Origin: an uncultured virus (IMG/VR IMGVR_UViG_3300005673_000046)
Lineage: Duplodnaviria; Heunggongvirae; Uroviricota; Caudoviricetes
IMG/VR virus record: IMGVR_UViG_3300005673_000046
DNA: 64,000 nt
Strand: one strand, 5' to 3'
Part shown: in pieces, positions 18,601 through 24,507 of the stretch
Layout: every line of letters begins with the position of its first letter
Numbering within the stretch: the stretch's first letter is position 1
Made by a program: the position numbers and the translations under genes
The notes under the pieces: model-generated
The model's database searches: none
What the model was told of the DNA's origin: nothing
The model's input: the letters and a program-made list of their open reading frames with translations, nothing else

Positions 18601-19963
18601 CGACGCCGGCCGAGAACAGCCCGCGCCTCTCCAGCGCGACGACCGCGCGCTCGGCCCACTGCGGCAGCTCCTCCAGCGTCTTCTTCGCGGCCTGGCCGCG
18701 CAGCGCGTTCATGGCGGCCGGGATGAGGCCGTACCGCTCGCCGATGTACTCCAGAGCGCCCATGATGGCCGCCCGGCCGGCGGCGTGTGACGGCGCCAGG
18801 CCCTCGATGCGGCCTTGGATGAACTCCTGGCCGAAGACCTGGGTGCCCATGATCCCCATGGCCACGCGGGCGCCGGCCATCGGGTTCTTGGTCAGCACCG
18901 TCGTCGCCGCGCCGGCGCCCATGGCCGGCAGCATCTGGCCGACCGAGTTCATGGCGCCCACGCCCATTCGCTCGAGGTAGGCCGCCGGGGAAACCCCGAG
19001 CACGCCCATCTCCTCGGCGCGCTGGCGGATGGTCAGCAGCTCGTTGGCGGCATCGACCTTGACCTGCGCGCGCTTGCCCTCCTTCTCGTAGAGCTTGGCG
19101 CCCTCCTCGTCGCCGAGGGCGCGCAGCGCCATGGCCATGCCGCCCTGGACGGACTGCTTCAGGCCCTGGCCGGCGGCGAACAGGCCGCGCTGCGCGATGC
19201 CGGAGTCCTTGAGCTGCGCGCCCTCGGCCTTGGCCGCTGCCTCCTCCTCCAGGGAAAGCGGCGAGTCGATCGCCTTGGCCTGGCCGGGCAGCACGGTCAG
19301 CCCGCCCTGCAGCGCCTGGTTGCCGGCTACGCCGGCCGCCACGTCGCCGCGCATGCCGCCCTCGATCAGCCGCTCTGCGCGCGCCTCCATCGGGGCGTCC
19401 GGCGTCTGCACGCCGGTCGTCTCCTGCAGCTTGGCGTCGGCATCGAGCTGGCGCACCGCCTCGGTCATCGCCGTGCGCATCCAGGCCGGCAGGTCTTCGC
19501 GGGCGAGCTGGGCCCGGCGCACCTGCGGCGGCATGGCCCCGAGCTGGGCCTTCAGCGCCGCGAAAGCCTCCTTCGACAGCGGCGACGGGCGGCGCAGGCC
19601 GGGCTTGACCGGGTTCTGGTCGGAGTGATCTGCGAGCGTGGCGTCCGGCGCTGGCGGCGAGGCGATCTGCTGCGCCGCGGTGGTCATCTCGTCGGCGATG
19701 TTCCCGCCTGGCGGCTCCTGGCTGGGGCTCGTCACCCGGTCGACGACCTGGCCGAGCGCCTGCGCGGTTCGCTCGCCCATGGACAGCTTGCGCGGCGGCG
19801 GCGCGGGCGGCGGGTTCTTGTCCCAGCCGTAGATCGCATCCCACTCCTGCGGCGAAAGCTGGCCACGGCGCTGCTTGCCCCCCTTCTGGGGGGCGGGGGG
19901 TTCGGGGTGCGGCTTGGTTTCGACCGCGTCGTAGATGCTGTCCCAGTCGACCTGGTTGCTCAT
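3620..19963 (-). CDS. giant polyvalent (DarB-like) protein, 5447 aa: PPase-like, DUF6884-like, SF2 helicase, N6-adenine MTase, JAB/RadC and zincin metallopeptidase domains
   Basis: AGNYKKGH..ENPQGS..HYGYI..DGDHVD; CGAMK..YTGP..ILSAKHG; GTGTGKT, DEVH, QQEGRIYRVGQ; EPSAGHG and NPPF; HNHPSG..SRAD; HEVYGHFGL..EEALA. Confidence 0.92.
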   Translation of the reverse strand: MSNQVDWDSIYDAVETKPHPEPPAPQKGGKQRRGQLSPQEWDAIYGWDKNPPPAPPPRKLSMGERTAQALGQVVDRVTSPSQEPPGGNIADEMTTAAQQIASPPAPDATLADHSDQNPVKPGLRRPSPLSKEAFAALKAQLGAMPPQVRRAQLAREDLPAWMRTAMTEAVRQLDADAKLQETTGVQTPDAPMEARAERLIEGGMRGDVAAGVAGNQALQGGLTVLPGQAKAIDSPLSLEEEAAAKAEGAQLKDSGIAQRGLFAAGQGLKQSVQGGMAMALRALGDEEGAKLYEKEGKRAQVKVDAANELLTIRQRAEEMGVLGVSPAAYLERMGVGAMNSVGQMLPAMGAGAATTVLTKNPMAGARVAMGIMGTQVFGQEFIQGRIEGLAPSHAAGRAAIMGALEYIGERYGLIPAAMNALRGQAAKKTLEELPQWAERAVVALERRGLFSAGVGQVVRGQVGEGIGEQITSAGQYLVDGTKLGLDEDITVAGFLESMRDTAVQTFIATGVMQAGGAAIGRLRTGGRGGAPAPERREPTMGDLPPLPPDFGQRPGITPQIPVQPRTAAAPPAAAASPPANPDAPMDAGALLGTPVDDAAHGAATSPTNDLPEPTDPQKEAGNYKKGHIRLGGLDISIENPQGSVRRGVDPDGKPWENTVQSHYGYIRGTEGKDGDHVDTFIKPGTPPDYDGPVFVIDQRDPRTGKFDEHKVMLGFASPQEAEAAYRANYTPDWRGLGYLSGMDMPMFKDWIKTGNHKAPFSPAFKEGFDDQSDVAAAPAVPGGAGPGVLDNAGRGGGNLGPDAAVPGGVNPAGDVPGAPAPGDGDTGRPGAGSAQPGAGLQDAALSDTPDYEKTYPRPQFDELAAAGRNSMFEGLEDDPVYLTQAVRDTHQQVVGRIQTDLAAANMLLDALRTGTNPETGKPAKPEDIETMRGAARSALRDIEGILAEYGNEFGDRHAEALAAKFAANREDLASQVEQATPEPAAPPPAAPPQAPSAAAEKRRKALESLGGILGQPVRDNVPAAPPGPVEEASSGSVPGGPGTPAGAAPLAPTPEGRPRIRTKGGHAPNDHGVFVPDSTPDMTTLVMPAPKGQAKGVKADISLVELEDGTWAPGSHYNTTGGSMSGGSSSPSVVDTFPTREDALRAAGRSLQRSAFNILEATGSLASERQRQQARAIAKWVEEVTGVKPPTRVQRKEPWKGGAVLNTLVDMMNGALTASADLSVLEALRKADLVHPIKRQLTPAGEAFLRSINTEAKDDTPEQIAAKIEAAIGQRTVDDLRWDEPQETPKAVRRVAGVRSHPATVWGSRMLAEISRQLGGIDPSLLHDLSFKKELGRDRNGRPVARWFNPPVSGIGGLFRDGGIADTNELALWMEEEGYLDPGSYEADYKAADEAARALVTSALNRDEPKTRAEQQAEDQADEDAERQAWEAMTPQEREQWLADNHPELLYPALDEEAAAEAEAERRAIMEEAGITPAELDALDDDDVAWDAPAPPQSLADQMRALGFSEQEIADELAKEAAQEQEAARRDAEAGQDGPGGQGAPVAPGAVAPRDGRQEAVRRLEDLASRVVNGRERAPDVLRDECGLFMPCGAMKLGAPTPAKDFYTGPLWNTYRKALGAQSPPRLFILSAKHGFVRPDQVIEPYDQLMTAERADELVASIASGELPVGLLAAMPRDIQIVGGEHYRRVMRAAVAKAIEDGAIPEDASVREFIGGTGEMNRAIKQYVAGLPADGDQAAAAPPAPRPPDGGRTVEEIERAIRILHLRARHEAEQRLKPQTPKSYVGPDHWARHSKEAKALLDAYTAEQLKSRKGQLAKLQRSLQWAKDREARESGMDVARARFLDAVDRSIAALTEEQVRLIGANLRLSPKNSVERMRTLFMIQPVERLADAYRKAHIDLTRPWQRHGDVNAPAPGARSILDEPITAGAFDSRLGLQIGTATRRQLITAVLGKMNAVRLDGEVLSYDGEVAGSRSSVRLDTPEERDFAQQLLDAARPSAVGRDWWLDDEQQGEADPLLRPYDEAELRRRAEDEQARLEADARAERERLAREAAERAERENRARADADRDNFTLTAPGADDLFGSISAYDPPAAPPAATPAPADDQQQGARQRIRDYWLNTAYPALRDYGRAFQLIGADRLESNRIKPEGMTAAQWLQQWQTQESKWDGGRKVQDTGIQALSQKDLWPTDDGLGEQLRKSLLAAVRALKNAPGIQGDWIERAVEGRKPFPEDDAQPAIPEGFRQVARYLKDGVEVDGYAPVGKLQRVRELASGQPGYVESFYGPGPAFEGAIVRFEVGGSRMLRWSELEAAGPRFASGDPVTWQPRTPDGEPDGPPLRTKVTAVKSLNVGGGAMQTTYTLDDPRFAPGTVQAFALDGELSGPEDSVAPPAPAKKGPKVSPADRARMEADSRLRGMIQEATDAGATLLAQRLAAQRVRGPLVSSGLTPAEVRLIDERLKRLLQRARRDPQDRFDDIGPGRRPRVDRLNKAEAEYEAKFERLRAYYTPGNIVQGYAGFDEVLEFQPATEAGGWAVKVVEVVKEGDRWVRKPGETPRWHSTWPDAREFAAGPLGRSENAPTPEREAEARTKRLTALGRMSDIFGPPKAEEPGPEYGDKPAPPALTREQEQALLPVLAELLDAAVIEGKRTFREAAAKALADVAEFIGPQAAESLTLKHLQGAYISMSARYTDGSVDDLMTVAQVKSKADLTEAPDAPVRTPPTPQPDRPAGQDAPVEAPAGDGRARPPAGNGQAGGRAARPGQRSDGGAGVPGSGTPAAGTPGDRPRAGGQPRVGRDGARSADDQRGDFAGDQGKASDPISDGAVEDAARSTAADVLKRRQLQRQAEALPVKLNDEENIRASLPMLLPEQQQDVIDAEARLTQPTGYGMLFTNGTGTGKTYTGLGVAKRFAKQGKDAILVVVPDRNILEGWLRSGPDLGLKVTALENTKDHGTGVVVTTYANLRDNNALLKRRWDLVIADEVHEMGQSQEGTITESGLRIRALTMHPESAETRTQMAHPELYAEIVALTIEQAGHLEKQNHAAAAEIDKVLLPKVRRFAELKVQQESLIEQGQGAGRTRLLMLSATPFAWEQSTVIAQGYLFDWNEGFVPGRGYNAPSAYQNFMIQHFGWRMRYGKLTKPEWSVNSSIMQRQFNTWLKNQGVLRGRMLLSDFDYDRKFIAANSAIGQRIDRGLQWFWEADPSEALPFLTEGAREEYEKDPKSGLDKLRAGIHKASRKLRSEFDYLTRMRMLEAIKAEAAVPYIRAQLELGRKVVLFHDLIQGQRLDPFNVKFNPQEDAWAYAAMEAWRKEFDDLVTYPWDTLKSPIQTMMEHFADRARVLNGRISDKEKVAAVDWFNDDDTGPALLVVQADKDKGWSGHDTTGKHQRVLINLGLPVRPTRSIQQEGRIYRVGQASNAMFRYFNTQTSWERAAFAEKIAERAEAAENLGLGEMARGLRDAYIEAFEDTGDWPPGFEGEGTGGKARDREMAQILSDWDRAMSMYWAQRKKNQQTKSEEGHEYYPTPEPIGLKMVQWLDLRPGELAIEPSAGHGAIARWLPDTVHRLAVEPSTVLASRLAMVFDGDIRETRFEDLPAANKAWGIAMNPPFERGGKLAFEHLAKAYNQHLFEGGRIVALLPEGPAADARLEKFLRGTQDVPIKALGTARIADGEAELFYDDRIELRNGRVGHVREVHDTHVMAKMQDTGRIEPVLGSAIDKLEESGPRKKSEPIAPGAHVVATIRLPGVAFARAGTGVRTRIVVIDKLGKDQTAPAPVEYDFSGTQDIAELFGEVENLGVPERTKPRAEEGAEEGVDGAAPPADQARQEREKKKAAKAEARTSGEELATKHGLEVIGHTTRQGKLILGVILRHVDAQQVKAALPESFVFNKDGGTFVALHRLQMVLDAFPVPPVAAQERAVYAVNEPEANYDLFEQPLPDPRGGNPPRAGRAPRRNVPAPNAVSVREDPFFPGIYHVTSQLVEVRRHDLPVARVTNWNEAAAALSALTRYAVEHFDALVTDKNGRPLAIIGAFKGAPSQTSVYPGVVLMEAMRIKDAHSVWAVHNHPSGRSELSRADENLSQAMARSFEPSTVRWRGLAAVADDDGITRFMAVTPEGGTYSGVVTPSATTTTTVPVVERTIESRQTGLSVIGSPAEAKDKALVLHAADSRPGLLFMNYQSKPTAWVPLAPAVAGRLRQDDRYDRLINSAAEAAASTVLVMNPGGAYDERTLENIKAALALADVRLLDVIDPVSMSSAAERGTEPGGGLPVMSGQPATKRRSKYAPGVAPDKLGAAVAEATRHWSREPGMPVVAVARTAAELPPDIQDYLRRMRALNSTRGLLMPDGRVFLVADMIGSIDEGLRVLWHEVYGHFGLRAFLGDRYTQMMLALRAANPALATEAAAWHAQWGAAQVQARVGLGMSRQDAEQAVQALAVEEALADRAAGAPAPKAWRYVMASLQRALRQRFGEFGKAIADWLESLTEAETFDLLMSARRAVAATPHVDRGELPALSQQPPPAAAPPSLRPISLKLPRATMETPFSAFDLVNYAIEKPVQLVATPVDALIKKVVAPGAVHAGRMADAFLGGHMGDYWEYIKAGLVDRYGVSDGFSEAKTAMRTAIRVNARKTRETVDKLRALTMEQSRVAYLWMNTNPENPGAEPAMRAAAALFDALPEGQRAVLASLKQDIEHLSDEAVRLGLISAESRERNRFAYMHRSYERHTADERLANEVKSRSIRILGDTLKGRGMRDNASMAQIGTADWWQRKTNSGAHDPSLKGQKFHRLELRDKPRDDDTPQLFEDENGQPLGRIRQIVYWPEDVPIPRHLLGWRNDGLWEARFFDQKDKVGMWRDFTLAERTKMGEIQEVKFATVATMMQMTRDIETARFLDWVARNESVADESRLPAGAKQADASYFLARSYLKNEWVQVPSTKIKGTNVTAFGNLAGRWVPGPVWNELRQIGQFTDQGQLSRLWQSMLKLWKISKTALSPVTHMNNVMANWLFADMHDIQGRHLYLALRAMATARSDPEMKKLVEDFEDNGGDAGMFNEVEIREELYKPLLEELRREIERDAGGQSLITAAQVMDLLRHREYRQALAAAKDAPVGRAAAWVPRKLIKLYGAEDVVFRLAAFVKAREDGISDHDAGKFARDSFLNYEISAPWVNAMRRTVWPFFSFTYRAVPMMLKTAVDKPHKLMKYGLVAGSLNTLAYMMLGDDGDEERERAWLADEKAGRIWGFLTPKLVRMPWNDANGNPVFLDVRRWVALGDIVDTGTGNAAVPIPPPLIPGGPAVLFFEFMLNTAGFTGRDITLRTDELGEKLGASAEHLWKGLMPNFPGLPGTYSTENLLNAWRGRIEPGPLGQEKASLAQAFFSAIGVKLGSYAPETQEYLFMQGINAELREIEAQLRRTIIGLERSGLSEDDRWEAEQDAIDKAMRKIDRRWQEVERRRARAEGYELEEQ
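7966..8196 (-). CDS. possible nested +1-frame ORF (76 aa)
   Basis: GAGG 6 nt before ATG; MTCSNNRYPIPEEEIHLG...; the distal half looks like frame shadow. Confidence 0.35.
   Translation of the reverse strand: MTCSNNRYPIPEEEIHLGPAAPRVGTYQPPTPYLCGKTRSSPASTTSPASSSKSGGTICRLLASPTGTRRPQPSPR
11464..11832 (-). CDS. nested +1-frame gene inside the giant gene (122 aa)
   Basis: GGAGG 6 nt before ATG; Leu/Glu/Ala-rich helical composition; host frame is a low-complexity linker here. Confidence 0.75.
   Translation of the reverse strand: MLLYAPHRLRSQIAPLAKTPLWKRLLAMDVRDLPPETDKLGDALRARVSDPMVALAYLEVAPLLQERQAIGRVLEANPEWAETVPEVLTINEAISLAIKERHLTPSQTGLLRTLLEAPPPMS
15262..15420 (-). CDS. nested +1-frame gene (52 aa, basic)
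   Basis: AGGAG 7 nt before ATG; MNWPRKPPKSKKQRDAMLKLAKMDPADRERLLRLERLRRGMVVKK. Confidence 0.6.
   Translation of the reverse strand: MNWPRKPPKSKKQRDAMLKLAKMDPADRERLLRLERLRRGMVVKKPSGGSKT
17428..17658 (-). CDS. nested +1-frame gene (76 aa)
   Basis: AGGAGG 6 nt before ATG; MTSLTWQLLPRFLVEPVLECSITLAEAAEIWDRMLLYP. Confidence 0.72.
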   Translation of the reverse strand: MTSLTWQLLPRFLVEPVLECSITLAEAAEIWDRMLLYPGESIPLAMFPERLHPAMAILADREPEAPSLELDFRTLH

Positions 19964-19973
19964 GAGGCGGCTC

Positions 19974-21152
19974 TCACTTCCTGGGGGCTCGCTCGCCGGG
20001 GGCGGGGTTGCGCTTGAGCCATGCGTTGATCGCGCCGTTGATGGCGTCGGCGCGGCTCAAGCCCTGCTGCTGCTCGGCCATCTGTGCCGCACGGGCGATC
20101 TGAGCCGTGGCCGTGTCCCCGATGCGCGTGCCGCCCAGCGGGCCCTGCATGCGTTGGCCGGTGATGCGGATGACCTCGTCGTGGATGGCCTTGTAGGTCT
20201 TGCCGTCGTCGTCGGCGTCCTTGCCCTCCCTGCCCAGGCGCGCGGCCTCCACACGCGCGTTGGCGCCGGTGGTGGCAGCGTCGCGCGTGGCGCTGGCGCT
20301 GGTTTCGGTGCGCGTCTGCGCGGCGGTGTTGTTGATGTCCGCGAGGGACTTCTCGTGGCCGAAACGCTCCCTGGCGAGCGAACGGTCGTGGCCGAACTTG
20401 ACGCCGGCCAGGCCGACGTCCAGGTCGTGCTTGTAGCCGGCGGTCGCGCGGTCCTCGCCGCCCTTGACCTGTTCGGTGGCGCGGCGCTCCTGGCCTTCGA
20501 CGCGGATCTGCTCGACCTTCTGATCGCCCTTGAACCGCTCGAGCATCTGGCTGAAGTTGAACTTGATTTCCTCCTCGGCGGCCTTGGCCGGGTCGGCCAG
20601 CGAGGTCTTGATGGCGCCGACCACGCGGCGCGGATCGAGCTTGGCCTCCGAGCCGTCGGAGTAGCGCACCAGGATCGCGGGCGCCTGCGCCGGCAGCTGC
20701 TCCACCGCGTCGGCGCCGGGCAGCTTCTCGACCGCCACGATGTCGCGCCCGTCGAAGACCGTGGCGTGGTGCCGGCGCAGCAGCTTCTCGATGTCGCCGT
20801 CGACCTCGAACTCCTGCAGCGCGCGGCCGCGCAGCATGGTGCGCAGGCCTGCGACGGTGCCCTCGTTCTTCAGGTAGCTCTGCCAGTCGCCGGCGCGCGC
20901 CAGCGCGATGCCGCGGGCCTCGGCGGCGCGCATCTTCGTCTCGTCGGTGGGAACCCACTGCCCTTGCGCGCCGTTGGCAGCCCACTCGGCCTTGGACCGC
21001 TCGAAGACCCGGGCAGCTTCCTGGTCGGCCTCCATGAGCGTCTTCTGCGCCTGGCGCTCGCGCTTGATCGCCGCTTGGCGCTGGCCCCACTCGACACCCT
21101 CCTGGCCCGCCTTGACGACGTCCATGAGGGTCATCTGTCCGTTGATCGGCAT
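19974..21152 (-). CDS. putative internal virion/ejection protein
   Basis: GAGGAG RBS; helical; lies between the pilot-like gene and the giant gene. Confidence 0.6.
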   Translation of the reverse strand: MPINGQMTLMDVVKAGQEGVEWGQRQAAIKRERQAQKTLMEADQEAARVFERSKAEWAANGAQGQWVPTDETKMRAAEARGIALARAGDWQSYLKNEGTVAGLRTMLRGRALQEFEVDGDIEKLLRRHHATVFDGRDIVAVEKLPGADAVEQLPAQAPAILVRYSDGSEAKLDPRRVVGAIKTSLADPAKAAEEEIKFNFSQMLERFKGDQKVEQIRVEGQERRATEQVKGGEDRATAGYKHDLDVGLAGVKFGHDRSLARERFGHEKSLADINNTAAQTRTETSASATRDAATTGANARVEAARLGREGKDADDDGKTYKAIHDEVIRITGQRMQGPLGGTRIGDTATAQIARAAQMAEQQQGLSRADAINGAINAWLKRNPAPGERAPRK

Positions 21153-21163
21153 GGTGGTTCTCC

Positions 21164-22735
21164 TCAGTCGCCGCGGCCGCCGTTGAGCATGCCGTAGAGC
21201 TGCACGCCGGCCCCCAGGCCGCCGAGCTTGGCGTTGGCCTGCGAAATCTGCGTGGCCAAGTCATGGCTGGCCAGGCTGCTGAACAGGCTACCAGCCGAAC
21301 TGGTTGCGTTGGACGCCGCGCCGTACAGGTTGCTGGTGACGGCGGCCGGCTGGGTAGCCGCGGAGGCCAGCGCGCCGTAGCCACCGGTGGCCGCCTGACC
21401 CTGCTGGCCGGCGAGACTTGCCGTGGCCAGGCTGGTCGACGGCATGTTGCGCCCGAACTTCGCGGCGTTGTCCAGGTAGGCGATCGCCCGGTTCTCGGCG
21501 TCGCGTCGCGCCGCGCCGCGCGCGCCGCCGACACCCTTGGCCGCGGCCAGCAGGCCCTCGGCCTCGATGGCGGCGATCTTCTCGGGGTTCGCGCCGGCCA
21601 TCTGCAGGCGGCGTCGGCTCTCGGTCATGGCCGCGTCGTACTGGCCCTGCGTCTCCAGCGCGGCCCGCTCGCTCTCCTGCGCGATGCGCCCAGGCGAGGC
21701 CATCTCCAGCGAGCGCGACGCGAGCTGCTGCTCCACCGGCTTCCACGTGTCGTTGTAGAAGTTCCAGGCCTCGTCGCTGCGCTCGATGCTCTTGCCCTGC
21801 ATCGTGATCGACTGCTGAATCTGCTCGGTCAGCATCGGCTTGAACTCCTCGAACAGCGCCATGGAGTCCGCGTACTGCTTCTCGGCCAGGTCCATCTGGC
21901 GCTTGCCGATTTCGGCGTTCGTGCGCGCCGCCTCGTTGAGGCCGCTGGTGTCGGCCGGCTGCGGCGCGGTCTGCTTGCCGGCCATGTAGCCGGTCATGGC
22001 CAGGCCGGCCAGGTCGATCCAGTTGCTCGCGGTCATGCCCATGCTTGCCCCTGTCTTAGTTGCGGGAGGTACGGCCGCCGGCGCGCCGGCGGCGGGTGCT
22101 GCGCTGCCGGCGGGTGCTGCGCTGGCCAGAGAGGCGCCGCTGCCGGCGACGGCTGTCCCGGCGCCGGCATAGCCACCAGTGACGGTCGGGGCCAGCGCGC
22201 CAGCGTTGGCCTCCAGGAAGGCCGCGGTCGCTGCGTCGGTCGCGCCGACACCGGCCCCAGCCCCAGCGCCCGCGCCAGCGCCGGCGCCGCCCAGCGCGCC
22301 GCCGATGGCGTGGCCGCCGAGCGCCGCGGTGCCGACGATCGCCACCCCCTCGCCGAATGCCTGCCACCCGGCCTTGGCGCCCGACTTCTGCTTGTGGTCG
22401 CGGATGCTGCTGTCGTCGAGCATCCAGTTGCCGTCGGCGCCCTTGCGGTAGGCCGCGGTCATCAGCTCGTACTTGTGCCCGCCGGGCTTCTGGAAGGTGG
22501 CCAGCAGCGTGCCGTCGGACTGCTGCGCCAGGCTGTTGAACTTGGACTGGAAGGGCGTCTGGGCGAGCGCGTCGAGGTCCAGCGCGTACTCGCTCTGCGG
22601 CTGCCACTGCGGAAGTTCCTGGCTTCCAGCCAGGGCATCCAGGTATCCGGCCGGCAGCTTCGCCCGCTGTTCGTCAGCGGTGCCGTGGTGGATGACCGGC
22701 AGCTTGCGGATCGCGGCGTAGGGGTCAGTGGCCAT
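21164..22735 (-). CDS. putative DNA ejection/pilot protein
   Basis: Gly/Ala/Gln-rich with hydrophobic Gly-rich segments; follows the tail genes. Confidence 0.6.
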   Translation of the reverse strand: MATDPYAAIRKLPVIHHGTADEQRAKLPAGYLDALAGSQELPQWQPQSEYALDLDALAQTPFQSKFNSLAQQSDGTLLATFQKPGGHKYELMTAAYRKGADGNWMLDDSSIRDHKQKSGAKAGWQAFGEGVAIVGTAALGGHAIGGALGGAGAGAGAGAGAGVGATDAATAAFLEANAGALAPTVTGGYAGAGTAVAGSGASLASAAPAGSAAPAAGAPAAVPPATKTGASMGMTASNWIDLAGLAMTGYMAGKQTAPQPADTSGLNEAARTNAEIGKRQMDLAEKQYADSMALFEEFKPMLTEQIQQSITMQGKSIERSDEAWNFYNDTWKPVEQQLASRSLEMASPGRIAQESERAALETQGQYDAAMTESRRRLQMAGANPEKIAAIEAEGLLAAAKGVGGARGAARRDAENRAIAYLDNAAKFGRNMPSTSLATASLAGQQGQAATGGYGALASAATQPAAVTSNLYGAASNATSSAGSLFSSLASHDLATQISQANAKLGGLGAGVQLYGMLNGGRGD

Positions 22736-22744
22736 AGCTCGCCC

Positions 22745-24271
22745 TTACCAAGTTGCGTGCGCGACGCGACGCCATGTGTTCGTCGCAACGCACACGTAGA
22801 TGAATGAGGCATCCCAGCAGATTTCGCCCTGCACCCCCGCCGCGCCGGCGCTGGCCGGGGTCTTCCCGGTGCGCACGCGGAAGCTGTCGGCGTTGATGTC
22901 CAGCTTGCGCGTCGGGGCGCCAGTACCCAGGCCCAGGTTGCCCTCCAAGTAGGACTGCACGCCGCTCGTCGAGTAGAGAGCGTAGTTGTTGGCTGCCGCC
23001 GGAATCTCGCAGCGGAAGGCGATGTTGGTGCCGGCCTTGCTGTAGTCCGAGAACACCGCGAAGCCAGCAGCACGGGTCAGCGTCGAGCCAGCACCGACAG
23101 TGCCTTGGTAGGCGCGGAACGAATACAGGTCGGGCAGCGTGAAAGCGGCCGCGGCCGTGTTGGCGGTGTGGCTGACCCCAACGAGCGCCGTCGTGCACGT
23201 GGCCGGCGCGATGTTGTGGCCGTAGAAGTTGTGGTAGACCGCCGCGGTGGGCTCGACGATCGGGTAGGCACTCATGAAGGTGCTGCTGACGAAGTTGCCA
23301 ACGTGGAGCGTGCCGGTCGCCGTCAGCCGCAGTTTCTCGGTGCTGTTCGTCCAGATGCGGAAGGAGTCGTCGGCGTGGCTGTAGCGGATCAGGCCGGCGT
23401 ACTGCCCCGCGCCACTGGTGGCGTCGGAGAACGCGATGTCGTTGGTCGTGGTCGCGCCCAGCGTGATGCCGGCGCCGCCGCTCGCCAGCGGGTCGCCGAC
23501 CTGAAGCAACGTGGCGTTGGCGCCGCTGGTGACGGGGGTCGTCCCGATGCCCAGGCCGATGCTGTTCCACAGCGCGCGCAGCGTGTCGTTGACGATGAAG
23601 GCGACCGAATGGTTCGTCTCGGAGCCGATTTCGACGCGGTTCGGCCTGGTGGAGTGGTTGCTGCCCATCGCGCGCAGCACGCCGCGCGCCTGGTCGGCCT
23701 GGGCGTCCACCTGCGCCACGGCCGCAGCGCCTGTCGATGCGTTCTCCAGCCTGGTGCGCGTCGTGGCGTTCTGGTCCTGGCGCACGTGCAGCCGCTGCAT
23801 CGGCGTCACGCCGATGCCCACGCGCTGCGAGGCATCCAGGCGCATCGCCTCCACGCCGCCGGTGGCCACGGCCAGCGCGTCGGTCGCGGCCCAGAACAGG
23901 CCGGTGTTGGTGTCGCTCGCCGCCGCCACGCTGGGCGTGCCAACAGCCCCGTCGGGGAACTTGCCCGCGCCGGCCCCGGTTAGCATGTTGGCCACGTCCT
24001 GCAGCAGCTGCAGCACGCGCGCCGTCAGCGCGCGCGTCTCGCCCTGCGTCGGGATGAGTTGGTAGGCCTGGCCGGAGAGCGTCGAACCCGCGTAGTTGCG
24101 CGCCAGGGTGATGCTCGTGTTGTTGTTGACCGACAAGACCTCGTAGAGTTCTTTGTCGGGGCCATAGAAGGCCCAGCCCTGGCTGACGTGCTCGGCCCAG
24201 GTCGTGCCGACGCCGACGATGTTCGGGCTGCCGCTGGTGACGTTGACGGTTCCGGTGGAGTACCAGCTCAT
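22745..24271 (-). CDS. tail fibre/spike protein
   Basis: MSWYSTGTVNVTSGS N-terminus, VGIG repeats, C-terminal GEICWDASFIYVCVATNTWRR. Confidence 0.85.
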   Translation of the reverse strand: MSWYSTGTVNVTSGSPNIVGVGTTWAEHVSQGWAFYGPDKELYEVLSVNNNTSITLARNYAGSTLSGQAYQLIPTQGETRALTARVLQLLQDVANMLTGAGAGKFPDGAVGTPSVAAASDTNTGLFWAATDALAVATGGVEAMRLDASQRVGIGVTPMQRLHVRQDQNATTRTRLENASTGAAAVAQVDAQADQARGVLRAMGSNHSTRPNRVEIGSETNHSVAFIVNDTLRALWNSIGLGIGTTPVTSGANATLLQVGDPLASGGAGITLGATTTNDIAFSDATSGAGQYAGLIRYSHADDSFRIWTNSTEKLRLTATGTLHVGNFVSSTFMSAYPIVEPTAAVYHNFYGHNIAPATCTTALVGVSHTANTAAAAFTLPDLYSFRAYQGTVGAGSTLTRAAGFAVFSDYSKAGTNIAFRCEIPAAANNYALYSTSGVQSYLEGNLGLGTGAPTRKLDINADSFRVRTGKTPASAGAAGVQGEICWDASFIYVCVATNTWRRVAHATW

Positions 24272-24507
24272 CGTGGCTTCCCATCATCTCGAAGTACCGG
24301 CGGGAACTGGCGCCGCTGCTGCTCGGCCCAGTAGGCCGCGGCGCAGTGGTCGTCCTGCCAGAAGAAGACCGTGTTGATGCACGCGCGGATCGCGCGCCAG
24401 CGAGGCTTGTGCTGCTGGCGATGCGCGCGCGAGCTCGTGCTCTCGTCGGGGTAGCCGCCCAGCAGCGCGTTGAGGAACTGCGTGAGGGCGACGCCGATGT
24501 GCGTCAT
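24268..24507 (-). CDS. small tail-region protein
   Basis: QFLNALLGGYPDESTSSRA..FFWQDDHC motif typical of phage tail regions; coupled to both neighbours. Confidence 0.75.
   Translation of the reverse strand: MTHIGVALTQFLNALLGGYPDESTSSRAHRQQHKPRWRAIRACINTVFFWQDDHCAAAYWAEQQRRQFPPVLRDDGKPR

Noticed and set aside
3620..19963. N4-like virion RNA polymerase
   Set aside because: Recognisable motifs are helicase, MTase, JAB, peptidase and PPase; no RNAP catalytic motifs identified by eye.
22033..22251. Nested ORF in the pilot-like gene
   Set aside because: Pro/Arg shadow of an Ala/Gly linker; no RBS.
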